Assembly: GCA_965279515.1 (NCBI GenBank)
Contig: CBDIID010000003.1
Span: 416,001-480,000 of the forward strand
Direction: 5' to 3'
Origin: Turneriella sp.
GTDB taxonomy: Bacteria > Spirochaetota > Leptospiria > Turneriellales > Turneriellaceae
DNA length: 64,000 bases
Part shown: in pieces, positions 29,277 through 37,997 of the stretch
How positions within the stretch are numbered: the stretch's first letter is position 1
Layout: each line of letters begins with the position of its first letter
Position numbers and translations under genes: made by a program
The notes under the pieces: generated by a model
Seen by the model: the letters and a program-made list of their open reading frames with translations, nothing else
Database searches by the model: none
What the model was told of the DNA's origin: nothing

Positions 29277-30600
29277 GCGTGGCCGTATTATGAACGGGCA
29301 TAATCCTGTAACGAAAATAAACAGATGCGGCGCAGAGAATACCGAGGTAGATGAGGGCCAGTAACTGATTAAAATACGCCATGGCACCGAGCGCAAAGAC
29401 AGCAATGGCGAGTGCCAGCGCCGGAGTCAGCGGATACAGCGGCACCTTGAAGGGGCGTTCCATTCCGGGCGCCGATTGGCGCAGTTTGAAGAGCGAAACG
29501 ACAGCGAGAATATAGATCGAAAGCGCGCCAAAGGTCGCCAGCGTGATCATCTCGCCGGTTTTGCCCGAAAGCAGTATGGCAATCCCAAGCAGCATATTGA
29601 GGGCAAGCGCCCATGCCGGGGTCTGACGCGACGCATGCAGCCGCGCAAATATGCCATGGATATAACGCGCTCGCCCCAGCTCCATGGTTGTGCGCCCCGC
29701 AACGTACAGAATGCCGTGGAATGAGGCGACGAGGCCTAAAAGACCAATCGATACCAACAGATGGTACATGGGATGCCCCGGTCCCGTGATATACGCGAGC
29801 GCGAGCGGCAGCGGCGAATCGGAAGGTGTATTTTTTCCTGCGGGGTAAACCACTGCTTCCCAGCCGGCGACGCCGACGGCGCCAAAGAACACCAGCAGAA
29901 CCAGCACGGCGAGAGTTACGATCGCAAGCTTGAACCCCAGGGCGAGGTCACGGCGCGGATTTTTCACCTCTTCTGCCATATTGGCAACGCCTTCGATTGC
30001 GAGATAGAACCACATCGCAAAGGGAATCGCCGGTAAAATGCCCCACCAACCCGACGGCAATGGATTCGCGGTAAACTTGCGGACATCAAAATGCGGCAGC
30101 ACCAGGCCCGCGAAAACCAGAATCTCTGCCACGGCCAGAACTGTGATAAAAACGCCGAAGGCAGTCGATTCCCGTACACCCCAGATATTCAGAACGGTAA
30201 AAAGAAAATACGCCCCAATCGCAAAAACCGTCGGCGGAATCTGCGGCTGAAAAATATTCAGGTAGGCACCAATGGCCGCCGCAATAGCCGGAGGCGCAAA
30301 TATAAATTCGATGTTTTGCGCCAGCGCGGCGAGAAATCCCGCATAGGCACCAAAGGCGCGGTCGGTATAAACAAAGACGCCACCGGCACGCGGCATCGCG
30401 GTGGCAAGTTCGGCGTAGCTGAGTACAAAACAAAATGCCATGACGGTGATGATGGCCATCGCCACCAACATGCCATAGGGCCCCGCTTGGGGTAATCCCA
30501 GGTTCCAGCCAAAATACATGCCGGAGATGACATAACCCACGCCCATGCCCCAGACAGCGAGCGGCCCTAAGCTGCGTTTAAGTTGCGGAGTTTCCGACAC
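29254..30600 (-). CDS. APC-family amino acid/ethanolamine permease (Eat-like)
   Basis: WGMGVGYVISGMYFGWNLG, SYAELATAMPRAGG, WFYLAIEGVANMAEE, MERPFKVP. Confidence 0.88.
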   Translation of the reverse strand: MSETPQLKRSLGPLAVWGMGVGYVISGMYFGWNLGLPQAGPYGMLVAMAIITVMAFCFVLSYAELATAMPRAGGVFVYTDRAFGAYAGFLAALAQNIEFIFAPPAIAAAIGAYLNIFQPQIPPTVFAIGAYFLFTVLNIWGVRESTAFGVFITVLAVAEILVFAGLVLPHFDVRKFTANPLPSGWWGILPAIPFAMWFYLAIEGVANMAEEVKNPRRDLALGFKLAIVTLAVLVLLVFFGAVGVAGWEAVVYPAGKNTPSDSPLPLALAYITGPGHPMYHLLVSIGLLGLVASFHGILYVAGRTTMELGRARYIHGIFARLHASRQTPAWALALNMLLGIAILLSGKTGEMITLATFGALSIYILAVVSLFKLRQSAPGMERPFKVPLYPLTPALALAIAVFALGAMAYFNQLLALIYLGILCAASVYFRYRIMPVHNTATHGRHAGL

Positions 30601-30609
30601 CTTGAGAAA

Positions 30610-31284
30610 TCAATCGTATGTTACGCTGAACACAACGCCTGCGTAAAAATTCGAAATGGTACTATTGTTAAACGGTGCCGGACCGGTATCGGCGACCTGA
30701 CCATAGTAGACTATGGCCGATACACCCAGGCTCAGGCGCGGTGAAACCGCAAACTCCTGTCCCGCCAGCAGGTGGCTGCCCCAGCCATGGCGTGTATAAG
30801 TGCTGACGCTGGAGTCATAGACACTGTATCGATAGTGACTCTGTGCAATGGAAGCGCCTAGTGATAGATACTGACCACCCTTGAGATAATACGCGGCACC
30901 CAGACCTAAATCGAAAATAGTTTGCATACTGTAGACAGTTTCGATATTGAGATTCGTCGTTTTTGCTGACGGCTTGGGCGCAAGGGCCAACCCCGTAAAA
31001 CCAAAGACTTTAAAAGACTTATTCAGCGATCCGCCAACATAGAGGTAGCCAAGGCCGCTGACAGCCGAAAAAGACAGCTTCATATCTTCAGCAGTTTCTG
31101 AAACCGATGTATAGGCACCACCAGCCAGGGCTTTTATGTAGATGCTCTCACCTTGCAAAGCCTCCAGACGGGGAGCCGCAAGACTGATGAGAGTCAGGGG
31201 GATGGCTATTTTCAGGCGGTGTAGCACGGTCTTTGTCTTATTATCGACGGTTTCGGGAATACATTCACGACAACCCGGAAGCAA
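30610..31284 (-). CDS. Putative outer-membrane beta-barrel protein (start probably later than the ORF-track start)
   Basis: Signal-like segment, amphipathic strands rich in G/Y/F, ends ...VVFSVTYD. Confidence 0.55.
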   Translation of the reverse strand: MLPGCRECIPETVDNKTKTVLHRLKIAIPLTLISLAAPRLEALQGESIYIKALAGGAYTSVSETAEDMKLSFSAVSGLGYLYVGGSLNKSFKVFGFTGLALAPKPSAKTTNLNIETVYSMQTIFDLGLGAAYYLKGGQYLSLGASIAQSHYRYSVYDSSVSTYTRHGWGSHLLAGQEFAVSPRLSLGVSAIVYYGQVADTGPAPFNNSTISNFYAGVVFSVTYD

Positions 31285-31348
31285 CTAATGAGCAAACTGC
31301 TCATTTGTTGTCGCCGTGTATAGGATTTTTCTCCCGTCAGGAAACTAT

Positions 31349-31837
31349 ATGCGAAAAATAGAGCAGAACGTCTTCCCACGTTGGGAACGACTGTCTACTG
31401 AACTGGGGTTCGACCAGGCCTTCGAGCATTTCGCCCCCTACGTGGGTGCCAACGTAAAGATCCATACCATCGACCGCTACACGGTTGAATCGTCGATGGC
31501 GCTCATTGAAACCAATACCAACTATGTCGGCACGCATTTCGGCGGTTCGCTGTATTCGATGTGCGATCCCTTCTTTATGTTTATTCTCATGGAGAATCTC
31601 GGCAAAGAGTATATCGTCTGGGACAAGGCGGCTGCCATTGAATTTGTGAAACCTGGCACCGGAACGGTGACGGCGCGTTTCCATATTCCTGCAGAAGAGT
31701 TTGATGCCTTGAGATCAGAGCTCGCAAAAGTGCGTAAGCTCGATCGGATTTATCAGTGTGAAGTGAAGGATGAAACCGGGGCTGTTGTGGCGAAGATGAC
31801 CAAGACTTTGTACATCCGCCTTATGAAAAAATCGTAG
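31349..31837 (+). CDS. Hotdog-fold thioesterase-like protein (DUF4442/YiiD C-terminal type)
   Basis: NYVGTHFGGSLYSMCDPF, VWDKAAAIEFVKPG. Confidence 0.8.
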   Translation: MRKIEQNVFPRWERLSTELGFDQAFEHFAPYVGANVKIHTIDRYTVESSMALIETNTNYVGTHFGGSLYSMCDPFFMFILMENLGKEYIVWDKAAAIEFVKPGTGTVTARFHIPAEEFDALRSELAKVRKLDRIYQCEVKDETGAVVAKMTKTLYIRLMKKS

Positions 31838-31871
31838 GTTATGTCTGAAGCATGATGCCTTAGACATAACC
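31837..31871. terminator. Hairpin between convergent genes
   Basis: GGTTATGTCT...AGACATAACC inverted repeat with an inner GCAT-G-ATGC. Confidence 0.6.
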
Positions 31872-31889
31872 CGACGAATCTAAGTTTGC

Positions 31890-32294
31890 TTAGCGTGAGC
31901 CGTAAAAACTTTTTACGCCTTCGTTTCTTACTACCAGGAAGAGTACCAGTAAAGGGTACAGCAAACCGATAGCTAAACCTGTAATCTGAGCACCGATGAA
32001 CGATGTTCCGATTGTGGCGATACCATACGCTGTGCTTGCGATAGACAACAGAATTGAACCATAAACAACGAGCGATGTGATGCCCAGTGCGTTCTTTTTG
32101 TTTGTCAAAAGCAAGATACCAGAGAATACTTCAATGGCAGAGAGCAGTACTCCGGCCAAAGCAAAAATTCCTGATATTGGCGATAATTGAAAAGCCAAAC
32201 CAATAGCGAGAGCTGGGAGCAACCCAAACCCGCCGAATACGATGTTTAACACACCAAAGACAGTCGCAACTGTCGGTCTTTTTCCATCAGACAT
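31890..32294 (-). CDS. Hypothetical four-TM membrane protein
   Basis: Four hydrophobic segments; GGAGG Shine-Dalgarno before ATG 32294. Confidence 0.7.
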   Translation of the reverse strand: MSDGKRPTVATVFGVLNIVFGGFGLLPALAIGLAFQLSPISGIFALAGVLLSAIEVFSGILLLTNKKNALGITSLVVYGSILLSIASTAYGIATIGTSFIGAQITGLAIGLLYPLLVLFLVVRNEGVKSFYGSR

Positions 32295-32384
32295 AATTTC
32301 CTCCGAAATCTTTTTGACCACGGAGTATACCCCGCGGCATTGGGTCGCTGCTTATAAACGTACCCGCGGTGCGTCAATACTATA

Positions 32385-32972
32385 TTAGCTTTTTTTCTGT
32401 ATTCTTTCTAAATTGGGACTACCTACCTCTTTGAGCAGGTCGTCGCGGAGCCGGATGAATACTTCTTTTCTCCGGTGCAAACGATACATCGCTGCTGTTC
32501 CCTGGAAGAGACGCAAAATCTTCTCCGCTGTAGTTTCAGGATCGCCACGAAACGCTCCTTTCGATTTTTGCAGCGCAAGAAATTCCGCGAGCATCTCTGT
32601 CCATGCGTCGATCACAGCCGTCGCTTCGTTTTGCAGAGTATCATCCGCCGAAAGTGTCTGCATGAGCCGCGAGACACGGCAGCCGGCAAATTTACCGGCC
32701 TTCACCTGACGCATGAGTAAGGCACTCCACGTCTGTATGAAATCCACGGGGTTATCCGAGCGATCCATGAGTATCTGCAGACCTTGCGCAAATGCATCGC
32801 GCTCGCGGTGGAGATATTCTACCGCAACCTCTTCCTTGCTCTGAAAGTAGCGGTAGAAGCTCGCCTTATGTGTTTCTGACGCGGCGATGAGATCGTTGAC
32901 GCTGGTGGCATCAAAACCACGCGCCTGGAAAAGTTCCCGGGCGGTTTCAATGATGCGGTCGCGAGGATTCAT
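32385..32972 (-). CDS. TetR/AcrR-family transcriptional regulator
   Basis: RDRIIETARELFQARGFDATSVNDL...KASFYRYFQSKE helix-turn-helix. Confidence 0.92.
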   Translation of the reverse strand: MNPRDRIIETARELFQARGFDATSVNDLIAASETHKASFYRYFQSKEEVAVEYLHRERDAFAQGLQILMDRSDNPVDFIQTWSALLMRQVKAGKFAGCRVSRLMQTLSADDTLQNEATAVIDAWTEMLAEFLALQKSKGAFRGDPETTAEKILRLFQGTAAMYRLHRRKEVFIRLRDDLLKEVGSPNLERIQKKS

Positions 32973-32987
32973 GCGCCACTATTTTTT

Positions 32988-33041
32988 GATAGACCGCACA
33001 GTCTATCGTTTACCTGTGCCGCATAGACCATTTAGTCTATG
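32988..33041. promoter_or_regulatory. Two palindromic operators ATAGAC-N6-GTCTAT (probable TetR sites)
   Basis: GATAGAC-cgcaca-GTCTATC (32988-33007) and CATAGAC-cattta-GTCTATG (33022-33041) in the 77-bp divergent spacer. Confidence 0.8.
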
Positions 33042-33049
33042 GAGGTTTT

Positions 33050-34072
33050 ATGCAACAACTTACACTCGTCAAACGCAACCTGATCGAATGGCAGGAAGTC
33101 AAAGCGCCCGAAATCACCGGGGCAAACCAGGCGCTGGTGCGGCCGCTCGCCGTCGCGCGCTGCGATCTCGACATACCGATTGCCTTAGGACAAAGTCTTT
33201 TCCGTCCGCCGTTTGCACTGGGCCATGAATTTGTCGGCGAAATTATCAGTACGAGCGAAGATCTGCGGAATGATTTTCCGGCAGGCACGAAGGTCGCGGT
33301 GGCTTTTCAGGTCGCGTGCGGCACCTGCGGCGAATGTGGCCGCGGCCATTCGAATTCCTGCGCGAGCATATCGGGCTTTCACGACTATGGTATGGGCGGC
33401 GGTGGTAAGGCCTTTGGCGGAGCGCTCTCCGACATCGTGCTGGTGCCGTATGCAAAACATATGCTGCTCCCCTTACCCGAAGGCACTGACCTCGTCGCAG
33501 TAGCCAGCCTCAGCGATAATATCGTTGAAGCGTGGAAACTCGCAGGATTTCACCTGGAGAAAGAACCGGGCACACCTGTGCTGATTATGGGTGGCCATGC
33601 GTCGAGCATCGGCCTCTATACCGTCGCGCTCTCACGTGCCATGGGAAGCGAAGTCCTTTACCTCGATAACGATAAAACCCGACTTTCTCTCGCTGAGAGT
33701 TTTGGCGCAAAGGTAGAAGAATTAACAGAGATTCCAAAAGCGTGGGCGAAACGTTATCCGCTGGTGGCAGAATGCAGCGGCGTCGAAGCCGGCTTTCGTT
33801 TCTGCCTGCGGTCCGTTGCACCGTTTGGCACCGTCACCGCGGCCTCGATTTACTGGACGAACGATTTCAGCATCCCTTACCTTGAGCTCTATAACATCGG
33901 TGCGGTCATCCGCATTGGCCGCGTCGATTCGCGCGAGATGATGCCGAAGGTGCTCGATTACATCCAGCGGGGTAATTTTCCAGTTTCAAAGGTGGTTTCG
34001 CAGGTCGCAGACTGGACCGAGGCCAAAGATGCATGGCTTGAGCCGGGGACAAAACTGGTGGTAAAGAGGTAA
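33050..34072 (+). CDS. Zinc-dependent medium-chain alcohol dehydrogenase
   Basis: RCDLD, GHEFVG, CGTCGECGRGHSNSC structural zinc site. Confidence 0.9.
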   Translation: MQQLTLVKRNLIEWQEVKAPEITGANQALVRPLAVARCDLDIPIALGQSLFRPPFALGHEFVGEIISTSEDLRNDFPAGTKVAVAFQVACGTCGECGRGHSNSCASISGFHDYGMGGGGKAFGGALSDIVLVPYAKHMLLPLPEGTDLVAVASLSDNIVEAWKLAGFHLEKEPGTPVLIMGGHASSIGLYTVALSRAMGSEVLYLDNDKTRLSLAESFGAKVEELTEIPKAWAKRYPLVAECSGVEAGFRFCLRSVAPFGTVTAASIYWTNDFSIPYLELYNIGAVIRIGRVDSREMMPKVLDYIQRGNFPVSKVVSQVADWTEAKDAWLEPGTKLVVKR

Positions 34073-34082
34073 TTCTCAATAA

Positions 34083-34162
34083 AACGCAAAGTACGCGAAG
34101 TTGCGCAGAGTTAAGGGAAAATCAGCATCTCTTTCTTTGCGGAACTTGGCGACCTCTGCGTT
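34083..34162. repeat. REP-like imperfect palindrome built from ~9-10-nt CGC(A/G)(A/G)AG units
   Basis: Left arm AACGCAAAGTACGCGAAGTTGCGCAGAG matches the reverse complement of right arm CTTTGCGGAACTTGGCGACCTCTGCGTT at 22/28 positions; a related copy surrounds the IS at 37960-39272. Confidence 0.75.
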
Positions 34163-34215
34163 AAGATGAATGACTGCTTTTCATTTACCGGCTCTTAACG
34201 CATTTACCTTGGGCT

Positions 34216-34941
34216 ATGGCAGAGCTGCAGTACGTCGAACGGTTTGTCGACGGCATGAAAGTCGTGGAGATTCCGGGGCGGCCTGGCGCCCCCACCTTTT
34301 TCTGCATGCACGGCTTCGGCGCGAACTGTTATGACCTCGCCGGGTTATCCCAGCACCTGAAATTTCCCGAGGGCACACGCTATCTTTTCCCCGACGGTAT
34401 TCTGCGGATTGATTTAGGTTACGGTGCGGGTTACGAAGGCCGCGCCTGGTTCCCGATTGATTTCGCTGAAATCGACCGCATACGCCGCGAAGGCGGCCTG
34501 AGGGATCTTTCAAAATCGCTGCCCGCAGGCATGGCCGAGGCGCGCGACAAACTGCTCCAGGCGATGGAGAAACTCGAATGCGATCCCGCAAAAACCGTGG
34601 TGGGAGGCTTCTCACAGGGCGCGATGATGGCCACCGAGATCATGCTCTCGCACAGCGCCTACCTTGCGGGGCTCGTTATTTTTTCCGGAACCCTGGTCAA
34701 CCGCACCGGCTGGGAAAAAGCGTCGGCTGAAAAATATGGCTCGAAAAATAAAACTCTATCCTTTATACAATCCCACGGCAAGCATGATCCCGTACTGCCG
34801 TTTCAGGCGGCGGAACGTTTGAACGAGATACTCCTCAGGAACGGCGGCAAAGGTGATTTTATTAGCTTTGAAGGGCAGCATGAAATCCCCATGGAAGTCA
34901 TTGACGGTACGAACAAGTGGCTTAAAGAAATATTTCCATAG
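34216..34941 (+). CDS. Phospholipase/carboxylesterase (alpha/beta hydrolase)
   Basis: MHGFGA, RAWFPID, GGFSQGA, HGKHDPV, GQHEIP. Confidence 0.9.
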   Translation: MAELQYVERFVDGMKVVEIPGRPGAPTFFCMHGFGANCYDLAGLSQHLKFPEGTRYLFPDGILRIDLGYGAGYEGRAWFPIDFAEIDRIRREGGLRDLSKSLPAGMAEARDKLLQAMEKLECDPAKTVVGGFSQGAMMATEIMLSHSAYLAGLVIFSGTLVNRTGWEKASAEKYGSKNKTLSFIQSHGKHDPVLPFQAAERLNEILLRNGGKGDFISFEGQHEIPMEVIDGTNKWLKEIFP

Positions 34942-36600
34942 ATGGCCGCCGATAAACCCCATTTCCTGGTCATCGGTTCGGGCATTGCGGGCCTCTTTTT
35001 CGCGCTGAAGGCTGCGCGCATCGGCCGTGTGACAATCGTCACGAAAGACGCCGTCGACAACGCCGCCACGACGTATGCGCAGGGCGGTATCGCCGCCGCA
35101 CTCGGCACCTGGGATAATCCGCAAAAACATTTCGAAGATACGCTTGTTGCCGGCGCCGGGCTCTGCGACGAAAAAGCGGTCGACATTCTCGTACACGAAG
35201 GCGTGCATCGCGTTCAGGAACTCATCGACCTCGGCATGGGTTTCACGCGCAGTGAAGATGGCAAACTGCATTTTGGCCGCGAGGGCGGGCACAACGAATC
35301 GCGCGTGCTGCACGACCACGACCATACCGGGCGCTCGCTCGAATCGTTTCTGCTCGAGCGTGTCGCCGCGACGGGTAATGTCACCCTGCTCTCGAACCAC
35401 TGCGTCGTCGAACTCGCGACGGAGCATCACCTGCAAGAGAAAAAAAATTCACAGACGGTTTTTGGCGCCTACGTGCTCGACGCAAAAACCGGTGAAATCG
35501 ATTTGTATACCGCAGACTTCACGATTCTCGCCACCGGCGGCGCCGGGCGGATTTACCCCGTGACGACCAATCCGCCGGTTTCGACGGGCGACGGCGTCGC
35601 CCTTGCCTACCGCGCCGGCTGCCGCGTGCGCAACCTCGAATTTTTCCAGTTTCACCCAACGGCGCTGGCGCTCAGGGGCAAAAGCCCGCCGGGTACGCCG
35701 GCCTTCCTCATCACCGAAGCGATGCGCGGCGAAGGGGCAATCCTGAAAAACCCGAAAAGCGGCCGCGCCTTCATGCAGGATTACCACGAGATGCGAGAGC
35801 TGGCACCGCGCGACATCGTGGCACGCGCGATTGATGCTGAACTCAAGCGCGACGGTCTCGACTTCGTCTATCTCGACATCTCGCACAAGGATGCGGCATT
35901 TATCCGCGAACATTTTCCGCTCATCTATGGCACGCTGAAAGAAAAGTTTAATATCGATATCACCACAGATCCGGTTCCGGTCGTACCCGCGGCGCATTAT
36001 ATGTGCGGCGGCGTGCTCGTCGACTACGACGGCCACACCGACCTCGCTCATCTCTACGCCATCGGCGAAGTGGCCGCGACGGGGGTACATGGCGGCAACC
36101 GGCTGGCATCCAATTCACTCCTCGAAGGCATTGTCTTTGCAGAACGTGCACTCATTCATATTCAAACGGGACTCTCCGACAAGGAACTGATTCAGTCGCG
36201 CGCCACTGCGGAAAAACTTACCGCCTGGGATCACACCAATGCGAAAAACCCCGATGAATGGGTGCTGCTATCGCATGACTTCAAGGAAATCCGCTCGATC
36301 ATGTGGGACTATGTCGGCATCGTGCGCTCGACGCTGCGCCTGGAACGCGCGCTGCGGCGCGTGGATGTCATCTACGGTGAAATCATCGATTTCTACAACC
36401 GCACCATCATCTCCCGCGACCTCCTCGAACTCCGCAATCTCGCCTTGGTCGCGCAGCTGACGATCCGTTCGGCGCTTGCCCGCAAAGAAAGCCGCGGTCT
36501 GCATTTTATGACAGACTATGCTGAGCACCGTGAACCCTCACGTGTCGATACGATACTCGAGCCCGCACACTTCAAGGCAAAAGGACAACACATTGGCTGA
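34942..36600 (+). CDS. nadB: L-aspartate oxidase
   Basis: IGSGIAGL, YAQGGIA, REGGH, QFHPT, LITEAMRGEG, ELAPRDIVAR, HGGNRLASNSLLE, ESRGLH. Confidence 0.95.
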   Translation: MAADKPHFLVIGSGIAGLFFALKAARIGRVTIVTKDAVDNAATTYAQGGIAAALGTWDNPQKHFEDTLVAGAGLCDEKAVDILVHEGVHRVQELIDLGMGFTRSEDGKLHFGREGGHNESRVLHDHDHTGRSLESFLLERVAATGNVTLLSNHCVVELATEHHLQEKKNSQTVFGAYVLDAKTGEIDLYTADFTILATGGAGRIYPVTTNPPVSTGDGVALAYRAGCRVRNLEFFQFHPTALALRGKSPPGTPAFLITEAMRGEGAILKNPKSGRAFMQDYHEMRELAPRDIVARAIDAELKRDGLDFVYLDISHKDAAFIREHFPLIYGTLKEKFNIDITTDPVPVVPAAHYMCGGVLVDYDGHTDLAHLYAIGEVAATGVHGGNRLASNSLLEGIVFAERALIHIQTGLSDKELIQSRATAEKLTAWDHTNAKNPDEWVLLSHDFKEIRSIMWDYVGIVRSTLRLERALRRVDVIYGEIIDFYNRTIISRDLLELRNLALVAQLTIRSALARKESRGLHFMTDYAEHREPSRVDTILEPAHFKAKGQHIG

Positions 36601-36979
36601 GCTGAATGGGTTCTCTGCGGCGCTCGTATTTTTAGGCGGTGGTATCGGTTCCGTGGTGCGTTATGTGATTACAAAATTGTCCCTTGCATGGTTTGGCGCC
36701 TACCCCTATGGTACCCTGATGGCAAATCTCGCCGGGGCGCTTATCGCCGGTATCGTTGCAGTGCTTGTCTTTGAGCGCCGCATGATACAGCCACCGTGGA
36801 ATGATCTATTGCTGGCCGGATTTCTGGGCGGCCTCACCACCTTCAGCGCGATGGTGCTCGACACACACCGGCTGGTGCAGCACGGCATGATCTCCGCGGC
36901 GGTTTTTTACCTGCTGCTGAATGTCATGCTGGGTTTGGCTCTCTTTACAATTGCACACCAGATCACGAGGGCTGCATGA
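36593..36979 (+). CDS. crcB: Fluoride channel Fluc/CrcB
   Basis: GGGIGSVVRY, PYGTLMAN, GFLGGLTTFS; TTG start inferred at 36593. Confidence 0.88.
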   Translation: MAELNGFSAALVFLGGGIGSVVRYVITKLSLAWFGAYPYGTLMANLAGALIAGIVAVLVFERRMIQPPWNDLLLAGFLGGLTTFSAMVLDTHRLVQHGMISAAVFYLLLNVMLGLALFTIAHQITRAA

Positions 36980-37947
36980 GTTTTACCTCAGAGCGCGCCC
37001 CCTTTATCCGCGACCTGCAGAACGGCTTGCTCGAAGAAGGCAAATTTCTCGTTCGCCGCGCGGTGCTACAAAGCGCAAAGAACAATAAACCGTTTCTGCG
37101 CCTGATGCTCGCCGACGCTTCGGGGCACATGCCTGCAATCTACTTTGGCGCAGCGCCAGATCTGAAGAAACTCACCGAAATTGCCAAGCCCGGAAAGATT
37201 ATCCGTATCCAGGGTATCGTCGAAGAATACCAGAACGTCAAACAGATCAAACTCATGAAGATTGAGCCTGCTGAAGACGGCGGCGAGCTCAGCCGTTTTT
37301 GGGCACGCACGCCGCTGTCGCGGCGGCAGATGTATACCGAAATGCGCCAGCTCATCTCCTCTATCCAGAGCAACGAAATCCGCGAAGTCTGCGAAATGTT
37401 TCTCAAAGACCGCGGCTTCATGCGGCTTTTTCTCGAAGCGCCGGCGTCGCGCCAGATTCACCACGCGTATATCGGCGGCCTGATGGAGCACACACTGAAT
37501 GTGATGCGTTCGGCGGCCGCATTCCGCAAACTTTATCCGCATGCCGATTCTGACCTTATGCTCGCGGGCGCGTTTCTGCACGACATCGGCAAAATCGATG
37601 AATACAATTTTCTCGTAAGCCATTACGAACATTCTGAAGCCGGCCGCCTCAAAGGCCACACGCTCTTAGGTTATGAGCGCTTACAGCAGAAGCTGAGCCA
37701 GGTGCGGATGCACCCCTTGACGCGGGCAAAACTCGAGCACGTGGTTCTCGCCCACCAGGGGAAAAAACACTGGGGCGCGATAGAAGAGCCGCGGTTTCTG
37801 GAGGCCTACCTCGTGCATGCCGCTGACGCGGTCGACTCGACGCAGTTCATTTTCCACGAGTTAGCGCAGAATGCACAAAACCGCACGACCGACTCGGCCT
37901 GGTCTGAATACAGCAAATACCTCGGCCGCGAGATTTTCCTGAGATGA
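36976..37947 (+). CDS. OB-fold + HD-domain 3'-5' exoribonuclease (YhaM-like)
   Basis: N-terminal OB fold (KPFLRLMLADASG); HHAYIGGLMEH, LHDIGK, HAAD. Confidence 0.85.
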   Translation: MSFTSERAPFIRDLQNGLLEEGKFLVRRAVLQSAKNNKPFLRLMLADASGHMPAIYFGAAPDLKKLTEIAKPGKIIRIQGIVEEYQNVKQIKLMKIEPAEDGGELSRFWARTPLSRRQMYTEMRQLISSIQSNEIREVCEMFLKDRGFMRLFLEAPASRQIHHAYIGGLMEHTLNVMRSAAAFRKLYPHADSDLMLAGAFLHDIGKIDEYNFLVSHYEHSEAGRLKGHTLLGYERLQQKLSQVRMHPLTRAKLEHVVLAHQGKKHWGAIEEPRFLEAYLVHAADAVDSTQFIFHELAQNAQNRTTDSAWSEYSKYLGREIFLR

Positions 37948-37997
37948 CCAAACCAAAATAACCGCAAAGGACGCGGAGTTACGCAAGGTGCACCTAG

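Noticed and set aside
36500..36600. Fluoride riboswitch upstream of crcB
   Set aside because: The upstream sequence is nadB coding region and no riboswitch consensus was seen
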